A DNA stretch of 47,085 nt from Proteromonas lacertae. Lineage: Eukaryota. The position numbers and the translations under genes are program-made. The stretch covers positions 62,001 through 109,085 of the forward strand of contig NGBS01000027.1 in NCBI GenBank assembly GCA_002245135.1, read 5' to 3'. The notes under the pieces are model-generated. The model saw only the letters and a program-made list of their open reading frames with translations. It had not been told where the DNA came from and searched no databases. Positions 13,249 through 26,084 of this stretch are shown here, one piece after another (position 1 is the first letter of the stretch; each line of letters begins with the position of its first letter).

Positions 13249-14338
13249 ATGCAATTTTTGATAAACAGATTTCGTATAGATTGGAGTGTTATTCTTTTAG
13301 ATCCTCATCAACCTAAAGAAAAGGAAGTAGTTGTTGAAGAAAATTCACAAGATATGTATTACAGAAAACATCATAAAAGTTTGATATTTTTGTTTCACTT
13401 TCAGAGAATTTAAAGTTCTTCCCTGGCTCAATAACTAGAAGATTAGCAGTTATTGGATTAATATGTAAATTATGAAGAGACTCATTTCTAGTCCTTGTTC
13501 CAATAATATATCGTTACACAGCACTTTCTCACTTCGTATCTGTAGATTGGTTCGTTAAAGAAAAAAGCAATGTCATTGGATGGATTAACAACAATTATTG
13601 GATTTCATATATTATGTATATACATTTATTATTATTATTATTATTAGATATATTGGAGTTATTTCATTCTTCAATATGTTTTGCATTCCAGGTGGTCAAT
13701 TATTATATTTTGCTGCTGGAATTATTTATGGTCCAATTTTAGGTTCATTAATCTGTACAATTGGTATTTCGATTGGTGCTACTGGTTGTTATTTCCTTGA
13801 ATCAAGAGCATTAACATTTAATGAATTAACACCAACTTGGAGAAAAGGATTAGAGTTTGCTACAAGTTTATTAGGTGGAAAACATCAATCTCCATTATAT
13901 TATATGGTTAATGTAGCTTTATTAAGAAATGTATATAATTATTATTATATTCACTTTATTTATTATAGATTCCATTTATTCCCACTTATATTGTCAATTT
14001 ATTACCATTGTATTATGATTTACCTGGTTTTGTTTACTTCATTGGTGTGTTAATTGGAACTATTCCTTATAGTTACTTTATGAATATATCTGGTGATATA
14101 ATGATTGATATATTCCAATATAGAAGTATATATATCTTTTATTAATATTAAAGTAGAAAATCTGATTGATGTTAGTCATAAATTCTCATGGAGATATGAT
14201 TTGTATAGATATGCAGCTCATGAATTATCTGTTATGAAAGTAATAACAGCAGCTGCATTTTATTTGTTCTGGGCAATTGGATTGTTTATTTTAAGAAGTG
14301 CTCTTCATCACAAAGTACTTGTTGTTCATAAAGAATAG
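13249..14338 (+). CDS. VTT/DedA (SNARE-associated, TMEM41/Tvp38-like) membrane protein
   Basis: 'FCIPGGQLLYFAAGIIYGPILGSLICTIGISIGATGCYF', 'LLR-FPFIP', 'YFIGVLIGTIPYS'; several short introns. Confidence 0.8.
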
Positions 14339-14439
14339 ATATTTCCTATTTTTATTCAACACTTGAAAAAAAACAAATTATTATTATTATGAATATACAA
14401 AACAAAAATAGATTGTTATTATTATTCTTGATTTGGATT

Positions 14440-15133
14440 TTATTTTTTCTCTGGGCTTTCATACACAATAGGTTTTGAACATAGATCTATTTTTCCTAAT
14501 ACATTTATAAACTCTTCTTCATTTGATAAACTCACAAACCACTTTGTTAAACTTGGGAATTTCTTTCTATAATCTTCATCGAATAAATACTGAAAATGGT
14601 AAACAACTGTACACATCAATACAATATCAGCTAATGTGATTCTATTACCTACAACATACTCTTTATCCATTAAATGATCATCTAATATTTTTAACAATCC
14701 TTCCATTTTCTGTTTGGCCTCATCTTCTTTTTCTTTATTATATTTAGCACATCCTACTAATGGTAAATACCAAGCATCAGCTGCAGGTTCAAGTAAAGTA
14801 TTTGACCATTCACACCATTCATCAACCAATCCCTCATCATAAAATGTTTCACCACATAATCCTACATCACGACGCATTCTAGCTATATATTTAGCTATTG
14901 AATTACTACCATAAACACACCCTTTACTAGTCTCTAGAGTTGGTACACCACCATTTGGATTCTTTTTTAAATAGTCTTCAGTCTTATTATCTTCACCCAT
15001 TTTAAATGGAGGAATATTTAGTTTTATATTGCAGTATTGCGATGTTATAATTGCTTTAGCTGCTTTATTATTATTCGCATATGTGTAAAGAGTCTATTGG
15101 ATTGTATAAAATAGAAATTTATACAAGTACCAT
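14440..15133 (-). CDS. Glutathione S-transferase of the EF1Bgamma N-terminal type (no C-terminal EF1G domain)
   Basis: ATG 15133, one 31-nt intron; KKNPNGGVPTLET, SNSIAKYIAR, YVVGNRITLADIV, FPSLTKWF. Confidence 0.85.
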
Positions 15134-15195
15134 TGAATAAAACAGAGAAAAAGAAAAGTGTAACGACTATCTTTTTGAAAATTATAAAACCTTAA

Positions 15196-18100
15196 ATGAA
15201 GAAATCTTTTGCAGATGATGTATTATCCTCATTATTACCATGTAATACTCATGTATATTAGCATAATATTATTTATAGATAAAAGAGAAAGTAGAAAAGA
15301 GTGTTTATGAAATAGATTTGGTGTTACAACATCAAAATGAGATAAGAATGATGAAAGTAGTAAATGTTCAAAGAATCGAAGAAAATAGAATATCAGAATA
15401 CTTAGAGAATAACTCATTACTGATAGAAGGTTGTTTATCCTTCATTTATCCTTCTCATGTGATTCACTCGAGTATTGAAGGTGATTATATGTTAATATTA
15501 AGAGGATATTACTCGAGAGACTTAGAACAGATTACTCAAAGTAAATCTTTTTCAAGTGATGATATATGTAAAATGATTGTGTTATTATGTAATATTTTGA
15601 TGATATTGAATGATTATTGTTTAGTATTAAGGAATTTGAAGAGTAGTAACATAATATATGAAGAAAATGGAGAAATGAAGTTATGTGATTTATTGTTGAA
15701 TGAATTGAGAAAATATGAAGATATGAGATTGTATGATATTTGTTTCAAAAGCCCAGAAGAGTTGAATGGATATGAATGTAATGAGAGAAGTGTGATTTGG
15801 TCAATTGGCTGTATATTATATGAAATGATTTGTAAGAAATTACCATTCAATGAAGATAATGATATCAAAAGAACAGTTAATAATGTCATGAGATGTAAAC
15901 ACAGTTTAGATGTAGAATGTGATGATATGATGAATGAGTTGGTCAGTAAGTTGTTAAAAGTGAAAAGTAAAGATAGATTGAGTTTAAAAGAGTTGAGAGA
16001 AGAGATGATAAAAATGAGTGAAATATTGAAAGATGATAAAAATAATATGATGATATGTAAAGAAAGAAAAGAGTTATTGTTTAATAATAATAATGCAATA
16101 GTAATATCCCCCAATATTTCATATCAAATACAATATTATCTTCAATATAATAAATATGAAAGTATAAATGTTATATATAAAGAATAGAACTTAGAGATAA
16201 ATTGATAGAATCATTTAATCATCAATATAGTGACAGAATACTAGCTATACTATTGATGATGAAATTATATAAAGAAGATAATACAATAAAATATAAACTG
16301 AAATTCCAAAATCGTCACCAATGTAAAGTGGTTAAACAGTCTTATTTAGATGATATGATATTTGATATTAATACTGATTATTATGACAAAGAAACAATCT
16401 ATAGTAATGTAAGATGTGTTTGTTTCTGTGAAGAAGGGGTATATTATTTACTGAGAATATTAAAACTAATAAATCCAACAAAAATCAAAATTAGTATTTT
16501 TTTAATACTTTTATTATATAATACATAGAGATTAACATTCTATTATCATGTCAATCATTTTTTGGATCATTTTTTTCTCAATTATATAATCTAAATCAGT
16601 TAGATTTATCATGGTGTGAAATTACCTATCACTTTATTGAAACATTTGTTAAATCAATTCCATTGACAAGATTGAAATGTTTAGATCTGTCATGTATCTA
16701 TTATATATATATATAATGAAATAGTTAATCCAATTGGTTCAAAAGGCTTCAAATTATTACTTCCATATTTACATTTATTAATCAACTTTAAGAATGAATT
16801 GAATCTTAGAGGAATGAATTTAAATGATGAATCAATGATGTTATTATCAAAAAAGTTATATAAATATCCAAATCTTAGCAAAATAGATGTTGTATTCAAC
16901 AATAATATTCATTCAAAAGGATTAGAAACATTATTCTCCAAATGTACAAATATATATTGTAATCCATGTAAAGAATTACTTGTTAATAAAAATATACCAG
17001 TTTTGTTCAATAATTTAAACTCATTAAATCTTAGTAACTTAGACATTAATGATAATGTTTTTAATTCTTTCATTTCTTTAAGATCAAATGAATTAAAAGA
17101 AACAGTAGAGCTGGATTTGAGAAGTATAATTTGATGTTATTATTATATTTTCTATAGATAATAAATTATCATATAAAAGTATAAAAACACTGATTAACAA
17201 CTTATCTTCATTTCCCAGTCTTAAATACCTTTATCTATGTGGAAATGAAATAGGAGATGCAGGAATGAAATTATTATCTCCACATATACATTTATTGAAA
17301 GATAAATATCATGATGATATTATTAACTGCTCAAGTATAACTATTATTATTTATTAAGTTTTGAATAGAAATGGGATTATCTTCAAAGGGGTTAGAATAT
17401 TTGTTGGGAGGTTTAAAAAATAATAATAGTAAAATAGAAGATGATGAAGAAGAAGAAAATGGGGAAGAAGAAGAAGAGGAGGAGGAAGACGAAGAAGGTG
17501 ATGATGATGATGATGGGAAGGAGAATATGTATAAACTTGATATAAGCGATAATAATATAAATTCGGAAGGAATAAAGCATTTGATGAATTATATGATGGA
17601 AAATGAAAATATAGAAAACTTGATTATTCACAGTATATATTTGAGTATTATATATAATAGATAATCCTATTGGTAGTATTGGATTTGGATATTTATTAGG
17701 ATCTTTAAAACTATTGATCAATGATGGTGATGATAATGCGTTAGAATTTAATTTAAGTAATACATTAATAGATGATGAATGTGTACTATTGTTGGTAGAT
17801 GAAATACATTCAATTGAAGACTGTGATAGAATAAATCTGAGTGAAAATCAAATTGGAATAAAAGGATTAAAATCCATCTGTTCGAAGTCATTAGAAAATA
17901 AATACATTCCATTCATACAAATGAAATGTTCATCATGGACGAATCAAGAATTGAAGTATTATTTGAACTATTGCAAAAATAAATCAGCAATATCAATTGA
18001 TTTTTCTAGTATAATATCTAAATTGTTTTAATGTAATAGATTTGAATATTAAAGATTCTCACATTTGCTTAATAAAACAGATTAACTATGAATATCTTGA

Positions 18101-18606
18101 TTTATCTAATAACAAAATTAGTCATGAAGGATTAAAAAAGCTGATAGATTCTTTACCAGAAGATGTAAAACATATTTCAATACATGATAATCCAATTGGA
18201 GATGAAGGAGTAGAGATAATATGTAGTAATTTAGATAAATTTATTCGTAATAATTTTTCATTAAATCTCTCAAGTATTTTACTCTTTAATTATAATCTTT
18301 ATAGATATTGGAATGAATGAAAACGGATTAAAGATGTTGATAGAAAAATTAAGAGATTATGAACTATTAAAACAGATAAATCTTTCAGCAAATGAATTAA
18401 ATGAAAAAGGATTGAAATTATTTAATGAAAATCAAAAGTATTTTCAAGATTTGCAAGAATTATCAATAACATTGAAAGAAGATGTAGATAAATCAGAATT
18501 AAAATCATTTTTAGAAACATTTTCATCAATTGGAATAATAAAATTAGATGGAATTTCAGAAAAAGAAAAGAAAGAATTAAGTAAAGAATTCTTCAACATT
18601 AAATAA
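15196..18606 (+). CDS. NEK-like pseudokinase fused to RNI-type leucine-rich repeats with an acidic tract
   Basis: Kinase C-lobe with degenerate motifs (LRNLKSSNI, CDLL, SPEE, IWSIGCILYEM); repeated L.L..N.IG..G...L units over many exons; E/D run at ~17437-17514. Confidence 0.8.
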
Positions 18607-18849
18607 CTGAAATTCTGAGTTAATAATGTAAATTTTGAAAAAATAATGTCAAGCTTTTATGGTTTGAGGAGTGTGTATTTTGTTGTATTTTATAATTTTC
18701 ACACTTATATTCAGTTTGAGTAAATTAATTCAATGTTATATCTTATTATTGTGTGTGGTTAATCTGTTGGTCAAGTTGGAAGTATATATACAAACGTATT
18801 TACTGAATGATCTCTGTAGATGAAAAGAAATAATTAATATAAAATATAT

Positions 18850-20520
18850 TTATTGACATAAACATCCACCAGCTTCACTTGGAGCACTTCTGCCAACTTC
18901 ATTCAAAACTGGAGCAGCTTCTATTCCTCTTTCATTCAATAAACATCGAAACCATAATAATCGATCTTTCGCTTTTTCTACATTCAAATTCTCTGGATTA
19001 CTCCATAATCTTTCACTTACACTTGCTGCTCTTGGCCAAATTGTATTAAATATTACAGAACTATCTACTGTTTCACCCCACATACAAGCTTCACCTCCTA
19101 ATACTTTCTTTTCTTTTTCTTTATCATCAATTCCATTTAATGGATCATTATTATAAAATACTTCCCAGTTGTTATTCAAATCATCCAAATACCATTTCTT
19201 TGATATTATCACATTAAATCCACGATTGATTATTGACATTGTACTTGTTCCACCTAACCAGATTTGAATTATTGATTCAGTATTATTTATTCCTTTTGGA
19301 ATATGAGTTACTACTTCTTCCCAATTCATTGTCTTTTTATTATTATTTAATATTATTTTATGACTATTATCAACCATATATTTATAAGTATCAGTTACAT
19401 CATATCCATGTTTATTCATCCACTCTTTTATACGAGGAGTTTCATTCCAACACTTCATTGATACTTCATCACCACCTAAATGAATATAATTATCAGGAAA
19501 TAATGAAGATATTTCACCAAATAATTGTTTTAATAAAGGCATTGTGTAATTACTACTTGGATCTAATGGTTCTAAACATGTTTCACTTGGACATACTTCA
19601 GGATCTATTTATATAATAATTAATAATTTATACATTCTTTACACCATGACATCATATGGCCAGGAATATCAATTTCAGGAATTATTCTTATACCTCTCTT
19701 TCGAGCATATTCTATTATATCTTTCATTTCTTTCTAAATAAATAAAAACAAATTTATTTATTTATTTATACTTGTGTATATCTTGATGCATTATCATAAC
19801 TAGAATCCCAAAACTTCGGTAAGGATTTTATTTCAGCTACAAATGCTTGATTATCACTTAAATGCCAATGTAATGTATTGAATTTCGCATAACTTAAACT
19901 GTCTATTACTTTCTTTAAGATTCTTTTGGGTAAAAAGTGACGAACTGAATCTATTAATACTCCTCGATACTATTATACACATTTATTATATAATTAATAC
20001 TGCAAAATATGGTTTATCAGAGATTATCCAAGGTGAGTCATGAATTATATATTGTTTTCTTGTTGAGTCATATGTCACTAACTGAGAAAAGGTCTCTAAT
20101 CCATAATATGCACCATACACTGTAGAAGCTTCTATTATTGCACTTGGAGGAGAAACTGTGATATTTAAAGAATAACTCTCATCTACTCCCATCTATTATT
20201 ATTATTATTTTCATATCAAAATATTGAAATACTTGTAAATCAGCATTACAATCATCAACTCTCACTATAACAGAACTTAAAAAAGAAGAACTAATATCAC
20301 CTTCTTCTTCATGTTCTCCAAATATTATTGCCTTGTATCTTGAGAAAGAATCTTCTAAATCTTTACAGGATATTTCACTTTTAAATTCAAAAGAAAAACC
20401 TCTAACAAATAAATCGGTATTTCCACGATTATATTTATTAGGATAGGGCCATATTTTTAGTGTTGATTCACTTAAGCAGAAGTGCAGATAGATAAAAAAA
20501 CAAAAAAACAAAAATATCAT
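18850..20520 (-). CDS. Beta-N-acetylhexosaminidase (GH20), secreted/lysosomal
   Basis: Signal peptide, [41 protein letters not shown], catalytic [30 protein letters not shown]. Confidence 0.95.
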
Positions 20521-20588
20521 TTTCTAAACGAATATATTGTCAAAATAGATTGTAATAATCATCATTTTCTCATTATATATAGATAGAA

Positions 20589-21721
20589 ATGAATAAAATA
20601 ATATCAAAGAAATATAAATGTGGATCATATTCTGTTTTAGAAACAAATTCATTATCAAAGTCAGTAAAAACAAAGAAAGTGTTAAGAAAACATGAAATAA
20701 CCACTCAGATAGGAATATTTATACCTCGAGGATTGATTGAAGATGTGTGTAATATAAAAGAATTAGTTGAAGAACTTTTCTACTATAAAGCGACAGTTCC
20801 ATTCTGTTATATTGTAAATGTATATTAATGTGTATATGAATTGTATATAGAAAGAATTTATCGAAGAATATATAAAGTCATGCAATTGTTTTGTTTTATA
20901 CTCCATAAACACTCCAACTCCTCCATGTAATTCAGTTTATGTAGTGAATGGAATACTGTATTTGTATATAGACAAAGATTCTTATCAAACAATTGGATTA
21001 GATGGAAAGAAAATAAACAATAATTATTATGTAATAATCATCAATTTAAAACATTTAAACAATTCCTTTTATGAAAAATTAATAAGTAGTTTATCTGATG
21101 ATCGAGTATATGATAATAATATAATAATGAATAGATGAATAAAATAACAGTAATAATGTCATATACAAACTCAGAAAATGGTAAATGTTTATCAATGAAT
21201 ATACCACCAGATTACCAACCCAAACAAATCTACAATACATTTTCAATAACAGAATATAATTCAATCGAAATACCGAATTATGAAAGTGTAAATTCGAATT
21301 AAATAATAATAACTCAATGAAAGTACAAGAAAGTGAAATATGTAATATAAACAATCTCCTTGATTATATTGGGATGATTGAATGTAATATAGATGATATA
21401 TTGTATGGAAATGAGAAAGATAGTTATATTTCTTCTTTTAATCCCTTAGATGGATATATATCTAATTGTGATGATGCAATACATATGAAATGTAAAGGAG
21501 TATTTTCGTATGTATTTATTGAATGTTTAATGAGTATATTGAATAAGATTATAAACTCCAAACATTTATCATATTATTTATTGTCATTATATGGATTGAA
21601 TAATGATATTTGTTTAAAAGGATTAAATTGTCAATATATTAAGAAAGAAGAAGAAGTTGAAGATAATAATCTTCATTTGATCATGTTTGAAAATGATAAA
21701 TCACTAATATATTGTGTATAA
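20589..21721 (+). CDS. RPP40: RNase P/MRP subunit p40-like (frameshift near 21290 in this copy)
   Basis: 'GILYLYIDKDSYQTIGLDGK' and 'LLDYIGMI' resemble RPP40; two short introns; the mirror copy is open through the affected site. Confidence 0.65.
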
Positions 21722-21810
21722 TATTCTTTTGTTTTTGTATTATTTCATAAAAACACATAAATATGATGATGATAATGAGAATATAAGAATATAAAATGTT
21801 AGAATGAGTT

Positions 21811-24767
21811 TTATGAGAAATACATTGATTTTCTGATTCTTGGATTAACTACTATTGAAGTATCTGTTGTTTCTACATTGTTTACTTTCACTGTTGATAA
21901 TAATCTATATCTGTAAGCACATAAATCAGCATATTTCACACAGGGAGGAATAGATATACATTTTGTACATCGATTAAACAAATAACATTCCCAATAGATT
22001 AATAAACTCAACTCATTCTCATTCCAATGTTTATCTTCATATAAAACAGTGTAACAAGCTGGATGTACTGTTCCTTGGAAACTGTTTTGACTTGATAAGT
22101 AGAATTGAAATCGATTCTTATCAATTATTGTATTATCTATCACTGTTCCACTTATTATATTGTGGTTTTTATCAATTGTTGATTGAACATCACTAAAGAA
22201 TCTAGTGTGATGACGTTTATTTACTATCAAATAAGTCAATTCTATTCTTTTGTCTTTTCCAAAGATTTCTTCCATCGCTCTTTTTGTACTTGGAATTTCA
22301 GTTTCTGTTAATGTTATATTCTGAGATTCACTTACTCCATCTCTTTCAAATATTATTCTTTCAGGTAATATTCCTCTGTTATTCTTTAAATAATCAGTAA
22401 ATAATACTTTTAACATATCTTCCAATTCACTGATTATCTCATTTCCACTATCTTGATATCTCACTTCACTTACATATTTAACACCATCTTCATCCATTGA
22501 ACAAACTACACAAGCGATGGATTTCATTTCACTCTTTTGTTTTGGATGACAAACATCACCACCAACAAGCATTGTTCTTTTTTCTCTCTATTATTAATAT
22601 ATTAATATATATATATACTATTGGATTCTTGATAGTTCCTGGAGATTTTGTACAGTAATTCATACCTCCACATTTAAGATTTAACTTGATTATTATATTC
22701 GCTAAATATTGAATACCACCTTTCAAAGCTTTCGAAGGTATTAATACTTGACTTAATACTCCATGTATAACATCACAACTCATCTTTATTATCTTATATA
22801 ACTCCATATCTTCATTTGGAATAAACACTATTATCAATTCAGGATTGTCTTTCTTCATTTCTTTATCAATACTTCTGCATATATTATTCATATCTCTTAT
22901 ATCAACATTTATCACTCTCATATCATTTGGTAACGACATATTCATTTTTCTACCTGTATTTATCAAATCAGACATTATTTTACCAATTCTATTAGAATTT
23001 CTATAATCACAATTGAATATTTTCCAAGATTTCTATCATCATAATAATCATCATATAATATTATATACTATTGTTGTTCCTTTATATAATTTCACATCTT
23101 TCAGATTATAACTTCCATTATTTGGTTTAATATCAGTATTATTGAAATGAATGGATGGAGATGGAAGATGATGAGCTTCACACTATTAATAACATATATA
23201 AACAATATAGATTTATACTTTTATCATTTCTCTTTCTATTCTTGTTGATAAATCATTGTTTATTGCATTATATATTCCAACATTATTATTACTGATATTT
23301 TCGATCTTTCTTCTTAATATATCAGGTTTAAATGCACTGGCTTTTATCATCTCAGCTTGTTCATAAGGTGTTAACTTCTTGGTATATCTTTGATTACTTT
23401 CAATCTTACATACTTCCATTGGCATACTACAATTATTCTGTAAGATTAATAATGGAAGATTTGGATATGATAATCTAATATTATAAGTATTATTAAAATA
23501 GTCATTCACATTTATCATATTTCCATCAATTGCAAATCTGTTTAACATATAATAATAATTATTATTATATATATACTGTGTAGTAATTGCATTTAAATTG
23601 GAGATATTCTTGATTTTATACTTTCGACAAAATCCTTGATGATTACATTCAATTGTTGTTTCTTTCAATACTTTTAATAAATCTTTCAATTCATTATTGT
23701 TTAATCCTCTTCCAAATCCTCTTAAATCATCAATATTCACAACTTTCTTAAATATTTCTAATACACTACAATCATCAATAAACACACTACATGTTGGACA
23801 TATATTCAATGTTAAACCAATATCACTAATATGTAATCCCATATTAAATCCACCTGTACATATTGATAAACCTTTTCCTATACTCTTCATATTCATTCTA
23901 TTCATATCATAAAATCCATTTCCTATATCTAAATATCTACTTTTCTCATAATCTCGTAAGATATTGGATAATACACTCATCTCCAATTCAGGGATTCCAT
24001 TCATTCTTACACCATATTCATTTATCATATTCAAATCTATCACTTGATTTGTATCACTTAATTTCACATTAAACTATTCGATTGTGATTATTTCCTTCAA
24101 TTAAGGTTATTCGCTTATTCTCTAATGATGTTTCATTTAATCTTACATTACTGTATAACATCTTATCTCCATTATAATACAGCTTTAAACCATTTCCTAT
24201 ATTCATTTCTTTTTCAATTTCACTTTTACATACACTCCAAATATTCATCTTTAATATCTTTGGGAAATGCTCTTCATCTCTTTCATCACTCATCTTTACA
24301 TCATAACTGTAAATTACAACATCACTTTTTCTGATATTCACTTTAAATCGGTTACTTATCACTTCAAATTTTTGACCTAAACTGATATGATTAACAAACT
24401 TTGGAAAAGGACTTTCGATCATACGACCAATTGCTGATACACTGCCACTAACACTGACACTACTACTACTACTAATCGGTAAAACATTAGTTTTACTTTC
24501 AATTTCAGATGATTTTGTTTCATTACACAATCTTGTGCTTGAAGGAAGTCCAACAGCAACATTTCTTTCTACACCATTAACAGGAGCTGGAGGTGGTTGT
24601 GGAACTGACGTAGAACTTACACTGGCTGATTCAAAAATCACTTCTCGACCTTCAGCAATACATTCATTACATCTACACTCGTTCTTCTTCTTAAGCTGCT
24701 TTTTACTAAAGCACTTACTGGCTAATGTTCTTCCACAAGCTTTACAAAAATGATTTTCTGAATTCAT
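21811..24767 (-). CDS. AGO: Argonaute (N-L1-PAZ-L2-MID-PIWI) with N-terminal Stc1-like Zn finger; +1 T frameshift near 24070
   Basis: PAZ (YFNNTYNIRLSYPNLP...PMEVC), MID (YKIIK...GVLSQ...NIIIKLNLKCGG), PIWI (GGDVCHP, FERDGVSESQ, KRHHTRFF, GTVID, FYLSSQ, GT, YADL); 4 introns. Confidence 0.95.
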
Positions 24768-24928
24768 AATTCTTTAGCAGATTAAGTGTCACACATCTAC
24801 ATTCTAGGATTTCTACATTTCTATTGTCATTCACTGTGAAATTCCATTTTTTGTTAATGAAACCCATATAATTTTGAAATTAAATTATTTTTTGAATAAA
24901 TTATCATAAATCAATAAATCAATTAACT

Positions 24929-25999
24929 ATGATAAAATTAAAAAGTCTATTACAATCTTTTCCTCCTTTGTCATCATTATCATCATCGAAATCAGTAAAA
25001 TTGAAAAGCAAGAGTATTTTAGGAAGTGTGTTTGGTTCAATGGTAGGAGATGCATTTGGATCATATTGGGAATTGAAAACTCCTCCAATGAATGAAGAAG
25101 AAATGAAGTTAGCTTGTGAATTTCCCAAAGGTAGTGTTAGTGGTAGAGGTGCCGGTCAAATAACTGATGATAGTGAGATGATGATGTGCATATTATATAA
25201 TTTATATAAGAATGAAAGAAATGTTTATCCTTTACATGAAATATGTAAAAGTTATAATGAATGGTATAAAAGTAATCCTCCTGATTTAGGAATAACAACG
25301 AAGAATAGTTTAAGTGAATTTGATGAAATGGAATTTAGAGATGATAATGAAATAATGGAGATAATAAATAATCGAGATATAAAGAAGAATAAAAGTAAAT
25401 CAAATGGTTGTTTAATGAGATGTAATATAATAGGAGTTTGGTATTATAATGAAAGTAAAGAAATAATCGATAAATATAGTCGATTAGACAGTGGAATAAC
25501 TCACAATAATGAAATATGTAAAGAAGTTTGTAGTGTATATAATATATGTATAAGTGAAATAATTAAGAGTAGTGAAAATGATAATGATGATGAAAGAATA
25601 AATATAATATTGAATGAATTAAAAGATTATTGTAAATTACATGATTATGATATATGTTTAGAATGGATATTAGAAGGAATGGAAGAAGAATTAAAAATAA
25701 ATGTGAATGAACATAATGGTTATATAAAATATGGGTTTGTATTGAGTATTTACTGTTTAAATCATAAATTTGATTATGAGAAAAGTATGAAATTTGTATT
25801 AAAACTAGGTGGAGATAGTGATACAAATTGTTGTATAGTAGGTGGAATAATAGGTTGTTATAATAAGTTAGATAATATTCCTTTATATTGGATAGAGAAA
25901 GTATTAAATTCTCCTTATGATGATAGTTATTTAAATGGAGGAGAAAAATACTATCCAAGTGAAGTATTGAAATATTTATCGAAGTTGGAAATAGTTTAA
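24929..25999 (+). CDS. ADP-ribosylglycohydrolase (ARH/DraG family), intronless
   Basis: GSMVGDAFG, GQITDDSEM, SNGCLMR, ITH, GGDSDTN metal-binding motifs; 356 aa. Confidence 0.93.
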   Translation: MIKLKSLLQSFPPLSSLSSSKSVKLKSKSILGSVFGSMVGDAFGSYWELKTPPMNEEEMKLACEFPKGSVSGRGAGQITDDSEMMMCILYNLYKNERNVYPLHEICKSYNEWYKSNPPDLGITTKNSLSEFDEMEFRDDNEIMEIINNRDIKKNKSKSNGCLMRCNIIGVWYYNESKEIIDKYSRLDSGITHNNEICKEVCSVYNICISEIIKSSENDNDDERINIILNELKDYCKLHDYDICLEWILEGMEEELKINVNEHNGYIKYGFVLSIYCLNHKFDYEKSMKFVLKLGGDSDTNCCIVGGIIGCYNKLDNIPLYWIEKVLNSPYDDSYLNGGEKYYPSEVLKYLSKLEIV

Positions 26000-26084
26000 T
26001 TAAAAAACTATGTTTGTATTTAGTTGTTTTTTAATACTTGATATAACTTTTATGATAAAATAATATAATTTTATATTTGAATAG

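Noticed and set aside
21811..25999. Prokaryotic Argonaute defence operon
   Set aside because: Spliceosomal introns, eukaryotic AGO-clade motifs and eukaryotic neighbours.
25999..26030. Blastocystis-type stop codons completed by polyadenylation (TGTTTGTT signal)
   Set aside because: All modelled genes have encoded stops; only a near match (TGTTTGTA) follows ARH, too weak to call.
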